64,000 nucleotides of DNA, from NCBI RefSeq assembly GCF_009914755.1, contig NC_060930.1; one strand, 5' to 3'. Shown piece by piece: positions 43,960-57,457 of the stretch (position 1 is its first letter; each line of letters begins with the position of its first letter). Both the position numbers and the translations under genes were made by a program. Below the pieces are notes generated by a model. That model ran no database searches. It worked only from the letters and a program-made list of their open reading frames with translations, and was not told the DNA's origin. Source of the stretch: the human T2T-CHM13v2.0 reference genome, Homo sapiens.

Positions 43960-46204
43960 GTTTCATGTTAAAAACTCTCAATAAACTGGGTATTGAATGA
44001 ATATGCCTCAGAATAACAAGAGCCATCTATGACAAACCACAGCTGACATCATACAGAATGGGCAAAAGCTGGAAGCATTCCCTTTGAAAACAGGCATAAG
44101 ACAAGGATGCACTCTCTCACCACTCCTATTCAACACAGTATTGGAAACCCTGGCCAGAGCAATCAGGCAAGAGAAAGAAACAAAGGGCATCCAAATAGGA
44201 GAGGAAGTCAAACTATCCTTGTTTGCAGACAACATAATTCTACCTCCAGAAAGCCCTATAACTTCAGCCCCAAATCTCCTTGATCTGAAAAACAACTTCA
44301 GCAAAGTTTCAGGACATGAAATCAATGTACAAAAATCAATTCCTATACACCCTAAGAGCAGCCATGCCAAAGCCAAATCAAGAACACAATCCCATTCATA
44401 ATAGCCACAAAAAGAATAAAATACCTAGGAATACAGCCCACTAGGAAGGTGAAAGATCTCTGCAATGAGAATTACAAAACACTGCTCAAAGAAATCAGAA
44501 ATGACACAAACAAATGAAAACACATTCCATGCTCATGGATAGGAAGAATCAATATCATTAAAATGGTCATACTGCCAAAAGCAATTTACAGATTCAATGC
44601 TATTCCTATCAAACTACCAATGACATTCTTCACACAACTAGTAACATTATTTTAAAATTTATATGGAACCAAAATAGAGCCCAAATAGCCAAGGCAATCA
44701 TAAGCAAAAAGAACAAAGCTGGGGGCATCAAGTTACTTGACTTCAAACTATACTATAGGGCTATAGTAACCAAAACAGCATGGTTCTGGTATGAAAGCAG
44801 ACACATAGACCAATGGCACAGAATAGAGAGACCAGAAATAAGGCCACACACCTACAACCATCTATTCTTTGACAAAGCCAACAAAAACAAGCAATGGGGA
44901 AAGGACTCCTGATTCAAAAATGGTGCTGGGATAACTGGCTAGCCTTATGCAGATGATTGAAACTGGACCCCTTTCTTACACCATATTAAAAATAATCAAG
45001 TAACAATGGATTAAAGACTTAAATGTAAAACCCTGAATTATAAAATCCCTGGAAGACAACTTAGGCAATATCATTGTGGACATAGAAATTGGCAAACATT
45101 TCATGAAAAAGACCCTAAAAGCAATAGTAATAAAAGCAAGAATTGACAAATGGAATCTAATTAAACTTAAGAGCTTCTGTACAGCAAAAGAAACTATCAA
45201 CAGAGTAAACACAACCTACAGAATGGGAGAAAGTATTTATTTACAAATTGTGCTCTGACAAAGGTCTAATATCCAGAAATTACAAGGAACTTTGAGCAAA
45301 TATACAAGAAACAAAAACAACCCCTTTAAAAAGTAGGCAAAAGACATGAACAGACACTTTTCTAAAGAAGACATACATGTGGCCAACAAGCATATGAAGA
45401 AAAGCTCAGTATCACTAATCATTAGAGAAGTGCAAATCAAAAAAATAAAGAGATACCATCTTATACTAGTCAGGATGGCTATTATTAAAAAGTCAAAAAA
45501 TAACAGGTGCTGGCAAGGTTGTGGAGAAAAGGGAATACTTATATACTACTTGTGGGAGTGTAAATTAGTTCAACCACTGTGGAAAGCAGTGAAGCAGTGT
45601 GGTGATTCCTTGAAGAGCTAAAAACAGAATTACTATTCAACCCAGCAATCTCATTACTGGGTATATACTCAAAAGAATAAAAATTATTCTACCATAAAGA
45701 CACATGCATGCCAACATTCTTTGCAGCACTATTCACAATAGCAAAGACATGGAATCAACCTAAATGCCCATCAATGAAAAATTGAATAAAGAAAATGTGG
45801 AACATATACATCATGGAATACTATGCAGCCATAAAAAATGAGATCCTGTCCTATGAAGGAACATGGATGGAACTGGAGGCCACCATACTTAGCAAACTAA
45901 TGCAGAAACAGAAAATGAAATATCACATGTTCTCACTTATAAGTGGTAGCTAAATAATGAGAACATATGGACACATAGAATGGGAAAAGCACACATTAGG
46001 GTCTATCAGAGGGTGGGGGTTGGGAGAAGGAAGAGGATCAGAAAACTAACTATTGGGTACTAGGCTTAGCACCTGAGTGATTTAAAAAAAATCTGTACAA
46101 CAAACTCTTGTGAGATGAATGTACCTACATAAGAAACCTGGACATGTACACTTGAACCTAAAAAAAAAAATTTAAAAACAAAAACATAAAACAACAACAA
46201 CAAA
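43960..46204 (+). mobile_element. 5'-truncated older L1PA (about PA13-16), ORF2 RT to 3' UTR
   Basis: ORF2 pieces [29 protein letters not shown]; disrupted frames; A-rich tail. Confidence 0.93.
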
Positions 46205-46679
46205 ATACTTTGGCAGCCATAAAAAAAAAAAGGTATTTGAGTAGTCCTTGGAGCTTTGAAATAGCAGATGGATAACCTATGGATATTTCAGGTTAATATT
46301 TTCAAAGTGTTTCCTTGAATGTTATCCCCAAAAGATGTAACTGTGTGTGGAAGTTGGTGGAGAAGAAATTGGTAGTTAAATGTGTTGGTCAGATACATCT
46401 CTGAAAGACCTAAGGAGCATAATAACACATTAAAGGCTTAGAGACATTTGTCAAGAAAGAAATCTTTAACATCATGTTTCCAATACCTTTGATAATGAAT
46501 CACTTTTTAAAAATATAACCTTTAATAACATCCTCAATATCTACCTTAAGTAGAACCACAACAGTTAGGCTGATGATTGTGATGGTGGTATGGAGGGTGG
46601 TATGGCGGCATCACTCATATTCCTTTTAGTAAACACATATATTTTTGTTCCTTGAACAGTTTCCTGTGCTTGTATCCAT

Positions 46680-46830
46680 CTTATCATTTACCAGTTGTAT
46701 AACTGTGGCAAGTTATTTAATCTCTGAGTCTCAGTCCTTTTATTTGTAAAATCAAGATAACCTAATATCTATTCATAAGGTTTTAAAGGATTAAATGAGT
46801 CAGTCCATATAAAGTACTTAGAACTGCGTT
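46680..46830 (+). mobile_element. MIR
   Basis: GGCAAGTTATTTAATCTCTGAGTCTCAGT..TGTAAAAT..GGATTAAATGAG. Confidence 0.75.
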
Positions 46831-47495
46831 CAATCACTCTATGGTGTGATCTTGGACAATTCCTGTGGCTCAGCTACAAAACATTAATACTTCCACATAA
46901 TGGCAATCTTTCTTTCTGGCAGTTTTTAGTTATAGGAATGTTATGTAAATGAGCACACACTGCTATAAACAGAGGTATTGTTTTCTACAATGAACACTGA
47001 GCTCCCAGAGTAACAAGTCTCTTAACACAGTTTGTGTCCAGATCCCTTGGCTCCCAGATCCAGAGGAGTAGGCAGATGCTTTCAGGGCCATATTTCACAG
47101 TATATGTCTTTTCCTCCAAGGACAACTACTTTCTTTTCTTCTGTGTTGCTTTTTGTCAGTTAAAAAAATACAGAAACATCATTATTTGGGGTGTGCAAAA
47201 AAATAGCATTTGGTAATTATGGAGACACATGTCAATACATGTTATTCATTTGTCCATTATTAAGAAAATGATTATCCTGGTTTCTTGAACTTATAAAGTT
47301 GTGAAGAACATAGCCTCTGTAATTTGGCTTTCACATATGTTCAGAAAAGTCCTTGGAGTTCCCCAGTTCCCATATCATCTTTACCTCCCAGAAAAACATA
47401 TTTCACTCACCTATGTATGCAACCAGAAAAGTTTATTATATATTTGAGCTCTTTTGTGTCTGACTTTTTATTAGCAAAGAACAAGCAGAAAATGA

Positions 47496-47821
<326 letters not shown>

Positions 47822-49539
47822 TAAAAATTTAAATATGCAATTGATCTTTATCGTCTTTACAACCTTTACTCTTATGAGTCTGAGGATAAAATAAGATCAA
47901 TGAAAAATGATGGTGAAAGTATTTTATATATGGTAAATCATTCTGAAAATATGTTTACTGAGAGCAATAATAACAACTTAGTGTGTGAGGGTTTTCATAC
48001 TTAGGTTTATAATATTACTTGTTTTATATTTCAAAGGAGGGATCAACCTTAGTATTTTCAAAAACAGATATCGACAAGTCAAAGAAACATGGTGTTTATG
48101 TAAGCTAATGTGTAATTATCTATAATTATCTATAATTGTAGATAATTATATAACATGATACAGAACTCCAATGTTTGTTAACCATTCCTCCCTGCCATAG
48201 ATATGAATCGTCTTCAGTTATTAGTTGTGATGCACAGGATTAAAAAATAGATTATAAGATGCACTTAGTTTCTAAATTCTGAAATCAGGCGCTTCTCATA
48301 ATCAATATTCAAAAAATTGCTGATTATATTTTATACAAAAAGTTTTCATTTAATGTATGACATGTATTGCAACCAACTTTGTTTCATAGCTAAAGAAGTA
48401 GAGGATATTGTATCATCATTTTTCCAGAGATCTTTTGTGGGTATGTTTGTATCACTCAATTAGCCTCCATGATCTTTTATGCATTCCAGCTATTTATTTT
48501 TGCTATGAAGTACTTATTAACTCTTATTCTACCTTAATCAGTAAATGCCATGATGTAGAGGTCACAGACTTCACAATATTAGTTAGTTTTGGTTTTCAAT
48601 GGCCAAATTATGAACTATGAACAAGTATCTTGGTAAAAAATAGGTGGAAGCAATAACCTAAGTCATAACATGCTTGGACCAACCTTGCTCCCTTAAATAA
48701 AAGTAAAAAAATAACAGCACTGATATCACAAAGGGGGGTTCTAATTAGGAATAGAAAATCATCTCAGATTCAGATCTTATATAAGTTGACCTAAAATCCT
48801 ATTTTTTCTTTTATTTTACATTTAAGAAATCAAAACCAAATTAATATAATAATATTATAAGATAAAATTTAAACTAGCCCTCAATTATGCCATCTTGAGT
48901 TTTTATGGAACTAGGTGCCTTGCTAATTGCTTGAGATATTTTTATATTATTCCATTTTCTCCCTATATTATTCCTGTGGTACAATACATGTGAGTTCAAT
49001 ATCCTAATGTCTTTGTTTAGATAAGGCTAGAATCTAACTTCACATTGAGAAGAAAGAATGGATAGTAATACCATCATCATGAAAATGAAAAGTATCCTAA
49101 CCTTCCCCAGTCATTTGAAGTCCTCTATCACTACATTATCATCATGAGCCTTTTCCACAGCTATTCTAATATGTTCAGATTGCCCATTCATTCAGAAAAT
49201 ATTTATTTTGCCCTGTGTGTCAGGTGCTGTGCTAGATTCCTCGAATTTAGAGATGAACACACGTTCTGCCTCCAAGGACAGCACCATATGAAGACAGACA
49301 ATCAGAGACTTTCAATAATATGTGGCAAAGCAATTATATAGAAAAGTCATAGAAACAGAAAACAAGGCGGTCATTCTAACCATCCTGACTGGGGAGGGAA
49401 GGAGACAGTTTTATCTCAAAGAAGCCAACGTGTGGCCTGAGTAAAATATAAATAGAAATTGATCAAGTGGTAATATTTGTATATTTTTCCTTTTTACTGG
49501 ATCTCAAATTTTATAACACGTCAGATTTAGTGCGGCCCT

Positions 49540-51200
49540 CCTACCTTATTTTTAGGCACTCTTCCTGAAGTAGTATCATTGATTCTTTTGGCCTTAATTT
49601 CATCTCTATGCTAAGTATTTCCATCCCTATGCTAATTATTTCCATCCAGATAGATATCTCCAGGGTATATCTTTCTGAGCTTTTGTAGGGGATTTTGTGG
49701 TTGATCAAGGGGAAAAAAATAAAGGTGGCAGTAGCTTTACCGGGGGCTGCTTTGACAGGTTCTCACGTGGAGGAAGTCCTTCACAGCAGGAGTCTGTCTA
49801 GTAGCTAAGGGTCAGGGTCACCACTCAGAAGGGAAGGAGTGCAAGGGAACTCCTAGGAGAGAGGGGGCTTATGTGTTAAGGCAATGTTGCTCAGTGGCAT
49901 GGTGGGGAGTCTGTGTCAAAGAGCTCCAAAAGGCAGTAGTGGCTTGGGTCTTTATGACCCATGGGATTTAGCTACTGCTAGCAGATGTGGGGTGAAGTTT
50001 TGTGGGATATGCAAAACAGCCAGATTTTAAATGGCTAAAAATATGTTTATGTAGCCTATTTTAAAAACAAATGCATGTGTAAACATTTGATTTAATCCCC
50101 TGGTGGGCTTTTGGGCTAGTGGGTGTCAGCCTATATTGAGGAAGTAACAACCTGGGGGCCAATACGCAGAGGCCATCTTTGGCTCATTTATATAACAGCT
50201 TCACATCAGTATAAATCAGTATAATCAAATGCCTATTTATCATCTCCACTGGGGTGTCACATAAATATCATGAAATTAACCTAATGAAGATAGAACTGGT
50301 ACTTCAACAATTTTTCTTTCTTAGTAAATAGAACTATCATGTAAGACTTGAGGCAGAAACTTAAGGATCATACATAATTCCTCCATTTCCAATCCAAACC
50401 ATCACAAAATTCTTTCATTTCTACCTCCTAATTGTCTCTCATCTCTAGTTATTGATAGCTACATAACCAACACTCAAGGCTAAGCTACATATATCTCTTG
50501 TTTGGATTACTCTAATGTTCTGCTAGATTGTCTTCTTATTTTGGTCATATCTCCTTTCCATAGGTTCTTCTTACAGCAACCAGGGTTATCTTTTGAAACA
50601 TGTAGAGATCATGCTAGCTCTTTGCTTACGTACCTTGTAACAGTGCCCTGTTCCACCCTGAGAATATGCAAATTAGAAAAACCCTGCATCTTCAGACCTG
50701 TAATTCTCCCTCCAAGCCCCAGTTGCTCACCAGTGTCCAGCTACAGGCTCAATGACTCATGCATGTTCTTTTCCATAGCAGGGCCTCTGCACTGCTATTC
50801 TTTCTGCCTGCATTATGCAGCTCCAGCAATTTGAGTGACTGGTTCCTTTTCTTCCTTCAGGTGTTGCTTAAATGTCACTTCCTCAGAGATGCCTTATGTA
50901 ATTTGCCTAACACTTCCCTCAACCTCCCCACCTCTCATCCCCATTATTTTCTCTCCTGCTTTCCATTTATTTCTGGCATAACAATGATTTCAGTTTGTAA
51001 CTTAAATATTATGTGTTTTGTTTATTGCTCCAAACTCTCTCTAGGCTTCATGCAAGCAGATTCTTTGTCTGTCATGCCTTGTTCACTGCTTTTTTTAAAA
51101 AAATGTTTTTTTTTTTTAATCAGGTGTCTAGTGCAGTGCTGGCACACAGTAGAATCTAACTAAATATTTGTTAATTGAAATACAAACATAAATTCATAAA
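49540..51200 (+). mobile_element. L2a 3' region, interrupted by an LTR
   Basis: CTTTCTGAGC|TTCAC..ATCTCCACTGGGGTGTC reads through the LTR; 3' end AAATGTCACTTCCTCAGAGA..TGGCACACAGTAG..TAAATATTTGTT. Confidence 0.7.
49684..50197 (-). mobile_element. Solo ERV LTR (family unassigned)
   Basis: TG..CA termini, 514 bp, TSD GCTTT/GCTTC, interrupts L2; strand is tentative. Confidence 0.7.
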
Positions 51201-51804
51201 AATAAGTGAATAAGCACAGTCAGATGGGAAAGGTCTCTCTTTTTAAGGGTTAACGATGTTATTATCTTATGCTGTACAGTCAAATACATGAAAAACTTAA
51301 TGCCTTTTTTTTTTTTAATTAGGCCAAGGATCTAAACAACTATGGGGACTATGAATAGCCCTTGAATGAACACATTTGAAAATCATAGAGTTAAACCAAT
51401 TACAATTCCTTAGCAAGGCTGGGGGTACTAAAAAGTACATTGTAATCAGTTGTTCTCCAAATTTTGTAGACCAAAGAAGATAAAATAAGAGTAATTATCA
51501 TCATTAGGTGTCTAGAAGATGTATGAGGAAAAGTTTTCTATTGGGGGTAAGAATTAGAAAGAAAAACTTTATTAACAGGACATAAAAATATCTGAGAATC
51601 CTGACTTTCTACCATGCTGTTTTACATTTCTGAGGCATCTCTGGCTATGTTCCCTTTTCCTTCTTACTATTTCCAATGTGTACATTCTCTCTGTTTTCCT
51701 TGCTTAGTCTTAATGGAAATTCAACCATTCTGTATTAGAAGTAAAGCTGTCTTAATGTGGAGATGGTGACAGAAATAATAATACAAATAATAAGAATATG
51801 ATTG

Positions 51805-52415
51805 ATAAACATTTATTGAGTGTTTCCTATGTGCTAGACATTATTCTAAGGGCTTTAGGTGCTCTAACTGGTTTAATGCTAAAACAAAGCCTATGACTTA
51901 GGGACAGAGTGAGCATTCCTTATTTGAAATGCATGGGAATAGAGATGTTTTGGATTTCAATTTTTTTTAGATTTTGGAATATTTGCTATAATAGATACTT
52001 GCTACATAATGAGATATCCTGGGGATGGAACCCAAGTCTAAACATGAAATTTATTTATGTTTTATGTACATCTTATATACATAGCCTGAAAGTAATTTTA
52101 TTTTCCTCTTGGGGATGCTGAATAAACTATGTGTTTTGCACCTACATTTTGACTGCAACTAGTCACATGAGGTCAGGTGTGAAATTTTCCTCTTGTGGCA
52201 TTATATGGTGCTCAAAAAGTTTCAGATTTTGTAGAATTTTGGACTTTGGATTAGGTCTGCTTGGCCTGAATTATTATGATGTTCATTTTACAAATGAAAA
52301 AACAGAGGCAAAGTAAGATTACATATCTTGTCCACAATCTCACAGCTAGAAAATTGTGGAACCAGGACTTGAAACCAAGCCTTCTGGCTCACAATCCTTG
52401 TCATTAATAACCACA
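51805..52415 (-). mobile_element. MIR interrupted by Tigger4b
   Basis: ATTTATTGAGTG..GTGCTAGACA; CATTTTACAAATGAAAAAACAGAGGC. Confidence 0.75.
51905..52269 (-). mobile_element. Tigger4b (Zombi_B)
   Basis: GGGATGGAACCCAAGTCTAAAC, GTCACATGAGGTCAGGTGTG, GTGCTCAAAAAGTTTC. Confidence 0.85.
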
Positions 52416-54301
52416 GTCAATACTTACTCCTGTAATTATGTTCCACTCTTGTTTAGTCATCAGAATTTTTTATTTAGGAGGAATAAGTGCATATGCTATA
52501 AGTATGTTCTAAAGATATCCAGATTGTACTGGTAAAGAAGTGGGAGGCTGTAACAGTAGATATAGGAATGCCCAATTAGCTTTTTTGCTATACTACTTGG
52601 AAGTCATTAGCTTTTTAATTGTAATATTCATAGATTTCATTTGTGGGTAGCACCAACAGTGGACAGCAGAGATTTTCTTTACTTCCCCTTTCCCTTCTCC
52701 AGGTAAAAACAAACTGAGACATCTGGAAACTCCTTTCTAGGATAAGACATGTTATAAACCTATGAAATTTTGGAGTGGAGAGAAGAAAATTGGCTCGTTT
52801 GTTTTTCCCTGTTCCTAATTCTCTCCTCTCTATGCTTTTTGTTCAGTAAAACCTAAGATCTGATATAATTAATAATTGGAAAGAAATCTTCACTGTCGTA
52901 GATACATTCGTTCACCTTTTATTTATTTAACAAATATTTATGATACCTACTTCTGTTAGGCTCTGTGTCAGGCTTGGATCCGTAGTGGTGAGGTGAGTTG
53001 AGATGAAGAAAATCTGTGGAGAAAAAAAGAAGATGAAAACATGAAACAAACACAGATGTACGCTCATAGGTATGATGTGATTTTTGTATGTATTACTTAT
53101 ACATATACATGCATCTACTTTATATTTACTATATATTTTACATATTTATATATAATTTAAACTTATTCACTTTATGTGCTTATTCTATACATGTTTTACA
53201 TGTGTATATAGTTACAAATTATCACAAGTGCTATGAAGGAAATGAACAGGTTATTTGACAGATAACAAATTATTAATGATGGGAACTACTAGAAGGGCAA
53301 CAGTGAGTCCCTGGAAAGAGCCAAGTTAGGAATATTACTTGATTCAAAGAAAAGTGGCAAAGGGGACTTGAACTCCCTGTGCTTCATAGCCTAGCTCCCA
53401 GAATCCCTGGTCTGGAATAAAGGAACCACCCAGAGCTGTGTCCTGTGTGGGTGACCAAAATGCCCATGGATGTAGCCATGGGCACAGAGTGAGCACATCA
53501 GTGTGCTCATTTTGAAGGAACTAAACATACCAGCACAGATTGGTAAAATCTAGAAGACATTTAGTTTACAAGCCTCTGTTGTGAACATGCCGTGAGGAGA
53601 TATAAAAGAAAAAGTACCTTTGACTGCAAAGCTCTGAGTCTAATTGGGTAGAATAAACAGATGCATGAGAAATGACACCGGAGGCAATGGACCAAAATGT
53701 GCAAAGAGAGCTATTATAAATGGAATAAACAGAGCATGGCTGAGCTCATCCTTTTTAAAGGAAATGAGTTAGAGACATGGCATTTACTTAATTGATGGTG
53801 GAGTCAGTGAGAATATATTTAGATGGACACTGAAAATAACAGCTTAAATTTAGGAAGACAAACACAGAGAGAGGATGCAATTTCTAGTGAAAAATAAGGT
53901 AAACAAGATAAGGAGTTGAAAAGCTTTGTTCTAAACTTGTTAAAGTGCCTCTGTTCCTCTGAAGTGCCTGTTTACCTTATGTATCAATGATATTCAACAA
54001 AGATAAAACTTCTGTGGACAGGGTATAAACACTAGGCATCTTCTGAAATAACAAGTCTGTTACATGTTTGTTAGTAAATATTCCTAGTTCTAAAAATATT
54101 TTAAAATAAAAACCTTCTATTTGAAAATCCTAATACTAAAATTTGTCCAGCATGAGAGGCCTTGGAACTTTCAGTGTTGTTCAGAATGAGCTTAACAAAT
54201 ACTATTTGAATGATTTCTAGGTGCCAAGGAAGTTAGTGGACACTAGGAATGCAAAGATAAAACAGTCCTTCCTTTATGGAACTTCAAGTCTAATGTGAAA
54301 C

Positions 54302-54302
<1 letters not shown>

Positions 54303-54335
<33 letters not shown>
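54303..54335. repeat. (GA)n microsatellite within an L2-like fragment
   Basis: Direct inspection. Confidence 0.85.
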
Positions 54336-55206
54336 GTAAATATACCATTTCATAAAACGCTCTATGGAGGCACAAATTGAGGCTACAAATCAATGCTTCC
54401 CAGACAGTGACTGGGAGAGTTCAGAGAATACTACTGCAAGGATAGTTACTTGGCTTAGAATTTATAACATAGCAAAAGAAAGTAAAATAAAAAAGATCAT
54501 TTGGGGAAGAAGGAGCAGTGTAATAGGACGGGTATACAGAAAAATGGTGAAAAAATTTATAAAATACTATTTTTAGAAACTCAGCAAGATCGCAATGTTT
54601 CAACATTCAAAGTCCAAAATAAGTTTAACAAATTCATGGAACACACAACCCTACTTTGGCAGCTTTGGATTAAGAATATATTTACAGGATTAATTTAAGC
54701 TTTTAAGATACTACGTTGCTTTGTGGCCCAAATTTCCTTCCTCAAAAAAAAAGCATAAGGAATAGAATTTTAGAATGATAATAACTAACAGGTCCATACT
54801 TCAGTCCTGCTATTCTCATATGTGGAAATAGATCTGGAGACCCTATCATTCTTTGTGAGTTACTAGAAAGGGCGCTAACATTTGATAGACCAACCACCTA
54901 TAAATCAGTTCCTTTCAGTGAATTTGAGGGATGTGGCCTGAAGAAGGTTAATAATCGAGTATAATTTTTGAGTGTCTTGTGACACTAATGTTAGCAGAAA
55001 CATAGAAAAATACTTTCTGCCAACATCTCAGGAATATAGTGCAGACTCAAGGTAGAATCATCATTTAACTAGAGGAGGAGAGCTGTAAAGGGAACAATGA
55101 TTGCTAGTGTTCATGAACCAGAAATCTCTGGAATCTTCAGGATGGATACGGGAGAGAGAACTGCACTTCTGTTGTTTGCTCAAGAATCCAGTATGGGCAA
55201 GTGACC

Positions 55207-55810
55207 TGTGTCAGACCTTGGGTCAAACAGGGTTCAATTAGGAAAATAGGGTTCAGTTGAAGTAGTTAAAGGACTATAATGCAGGGGCTTAGTTACAGCA
55301 AGAAATGGGTAATGAAAGAGACAAGAAACCAATAGAGAAAAGGTTCACTTCTTGTCTCTTTCATTACCCATTTCTTCTCTGAGTTGCTCAACTCAGAAAT
55401 TAGTAACAGGAGCAAGTCGTAACTAACCCTAAGCTGGAGGGACACAGGACAGGACAAGAAGATGCTTCTATAAATAACACAGGAGCCTTGGATTACCTGC
55501 TGGGAACTGGAACTGTGGCAAACTTGAGTCGTGAGAGGCAGAGTGGGGAAAAGATACAGCTGCTGCTGGGGAAGGCGCAGGAGGCAAAGTGAATGTTGGG
55601 AAAATAACCTGACTTCTACCTTTTTCTCAATCTCATAGGCTCCTGCCAGGGTACTTACCCCCAAATCCTCATTGGCAGAAGCCAGTTGCAAGCTAGCTGA
55701 GACAGCTTTCTGGGAAATGAAACCTCAGGGGTCAGATCTCCCTCCCGCTAACTGAGCCAGAGAAAGGGCAAAAAGTGGATTCAAAGGCAAACATGCCCAG
55801 AAACAACACA
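55207..55810. mobile_element. Old ERVL/MaLR-type LTR (family uncertain)
   Basis: TGTGTCAG start, CATTGGCAGAAGCCAG..GGGAAATG..CAGGGGTCAG, ..AACACA end. Confidence 0.45.
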
Positions 55811-55907
55811 AAACCCAATAAGGAGAGTTTAGGTTATAGAAATCCCAGGACTATCCTGTGGAATAGGAAGGTCTGTATTCCAAACACTAGGTTCTTAGAA
55901 CGTTTAA

Positions 55908-55955
<48 letters not shown>
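55908..55955. repeat. (TACA)n(CA)n microsatellite at an Alu tail
   Basis: Direct inspection. Confidence 0.9.
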
Positions 55956-55957
<2 letters not shown>

Positions 55958-56248
55958 TTTATTTCTTGAGAAGGAGTTTTGCACTGTCGCCCAGACTGGA
56001 GTGCAGTGGTGCAATTTGGCTCCCTGCAACCTCCACCTACTAGTTTAAGTGATACTCCTGCCTCAGCCTCCCAAGTAGCTGGGGTTACAGGTATGCGCCA
56101 CCACATCCAGCTAATTTTTTGTATTTTTAGTAGAGACAGGGTTTCACCATGTTGGTCAGGCTGGTCTTGAACTCCTGACCTCAGGTGATCCATCCGCCTT
56201 GGTCTCCCAAAGTGTTGGGATTACAGGCATGAGCCAATGTGCTTTGCC
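55956..56248 (-). mobile_element. AluS (Sq/Sp-like)
   Basis: Full dimer; TSD TAAATAC(A/G)TA. Confidence 0.92.
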
Positions 56249-56959
56249 TAAATACGTATTTTTAAGACATATTTTTTTTCTGCTTTATGTGACCAGAAGG
56301 GCAATGGGAAAAGGGAACGTGTCCATGCACAACCAAAAAATTACTTTTAATTTGGCTAGAAATGCTCATCACAGAAGACAAACTGATTTATTTTTCTCTA
56401 AAAGAAATTGCAATGTTAATATCCTATTTTATAAAACTTAGCCTACATGTAAGATTTTTTATTTGTTGAAGTAGTCCATTTCACACATCAGAAAATCCTT
56501 GAATTGTCAAAGAAAGGCTTATTTGCCTAAATAACTATGTTGGCCTGACACTGAGATGTGGAGTTTGTTTGAAGTTTTTGTACATTTAGTGACCAGAGGT
56601 ATTTTGATAAACGCCATTGCCTCAAAGTATTCAGTAGGAAGTTTGGGCCCCATCTGTGTTTGTTTCTGTAGGAGCAGTAACTGCCTAGAGAGAAATCTGA
56701 TGTTCATTTCAGATATGCAGTATAAACAAAATTCAAGATGATGCCTTTAACATAATTATTCCACCTTTCATTTACATAGTGCTTTATGCATTTCAAAGAG
56801 ATTTGATGTGATTTCATTTAACGGATCTTTACAAAACTTGTGGAAATTGAGTATGGGCTTCTGAGATATAAAAGCTCAACAAGGAAAATAACACTGAATT
56901 TAGGCAGTCTTTTAAGAGAAGATTGTAAAAACCATATAGCCTCATCTCTTGTTGCTACT

Positions 56960-57140
56960 AATAGAATATACTTATTGAGAACCTTCTCTGGCAGGCACTT
57001 TTTTGAGTGCATCATATATATTAACTCATTCATCATCAGAAAAATCCTATGAAGTTCTCATTTTAAGGATAAGAAGACAAAAGGACAGAGAGGTTAATTG
57101 ACAACTAATAAAAGATTTGAGCCTAGGCAGTCTAACAAAA
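56960..57140 (-). mobile_element. MIR
   Basis: TTATTGAG..CAGGCACT..TTAACTCATT..CAGAGAGGTTAA..GATTTGAGCCTAGGCAGTCT. Confidence 0.7.
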
Positions 57141-57257
57141 TACTGTGTCTCTTAAGCAGTGTCTTCTTTAAATATTTACTCAGCAAGTAACATCCCTAAT
57201 TACAGAGACGTATATTTATATTGCGTCTCTTTTTACTTCTAAAATGTGCATGTAACT

Positions 57258-57457
57258 CAGTGGTGTGCTGGTAAACTGGCTCTCTGCAAAATAATTAAAA
57301 AGTCCAGATTTGTAACATTCCCCAATTTCTATGGTATAAGTAGACACACCAGGGTCTACTTCAAGCTACCAAAATGAAGTCATTGAACTTTAGTTGAGAA
57401 GAGATGCACACGTTTGGATCCTATGAGCTTGTATGCGCCGGTGCCAGCACATCACTG
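57258..57457 (-). mobile_element. MER63A-like (hAT-Blackjack) MITE
   Basis: Terminal inverted repeats CAGTGGTGTGCTGG / CCAGCACATCACTG, 200 bp. Confidence 0.85.
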
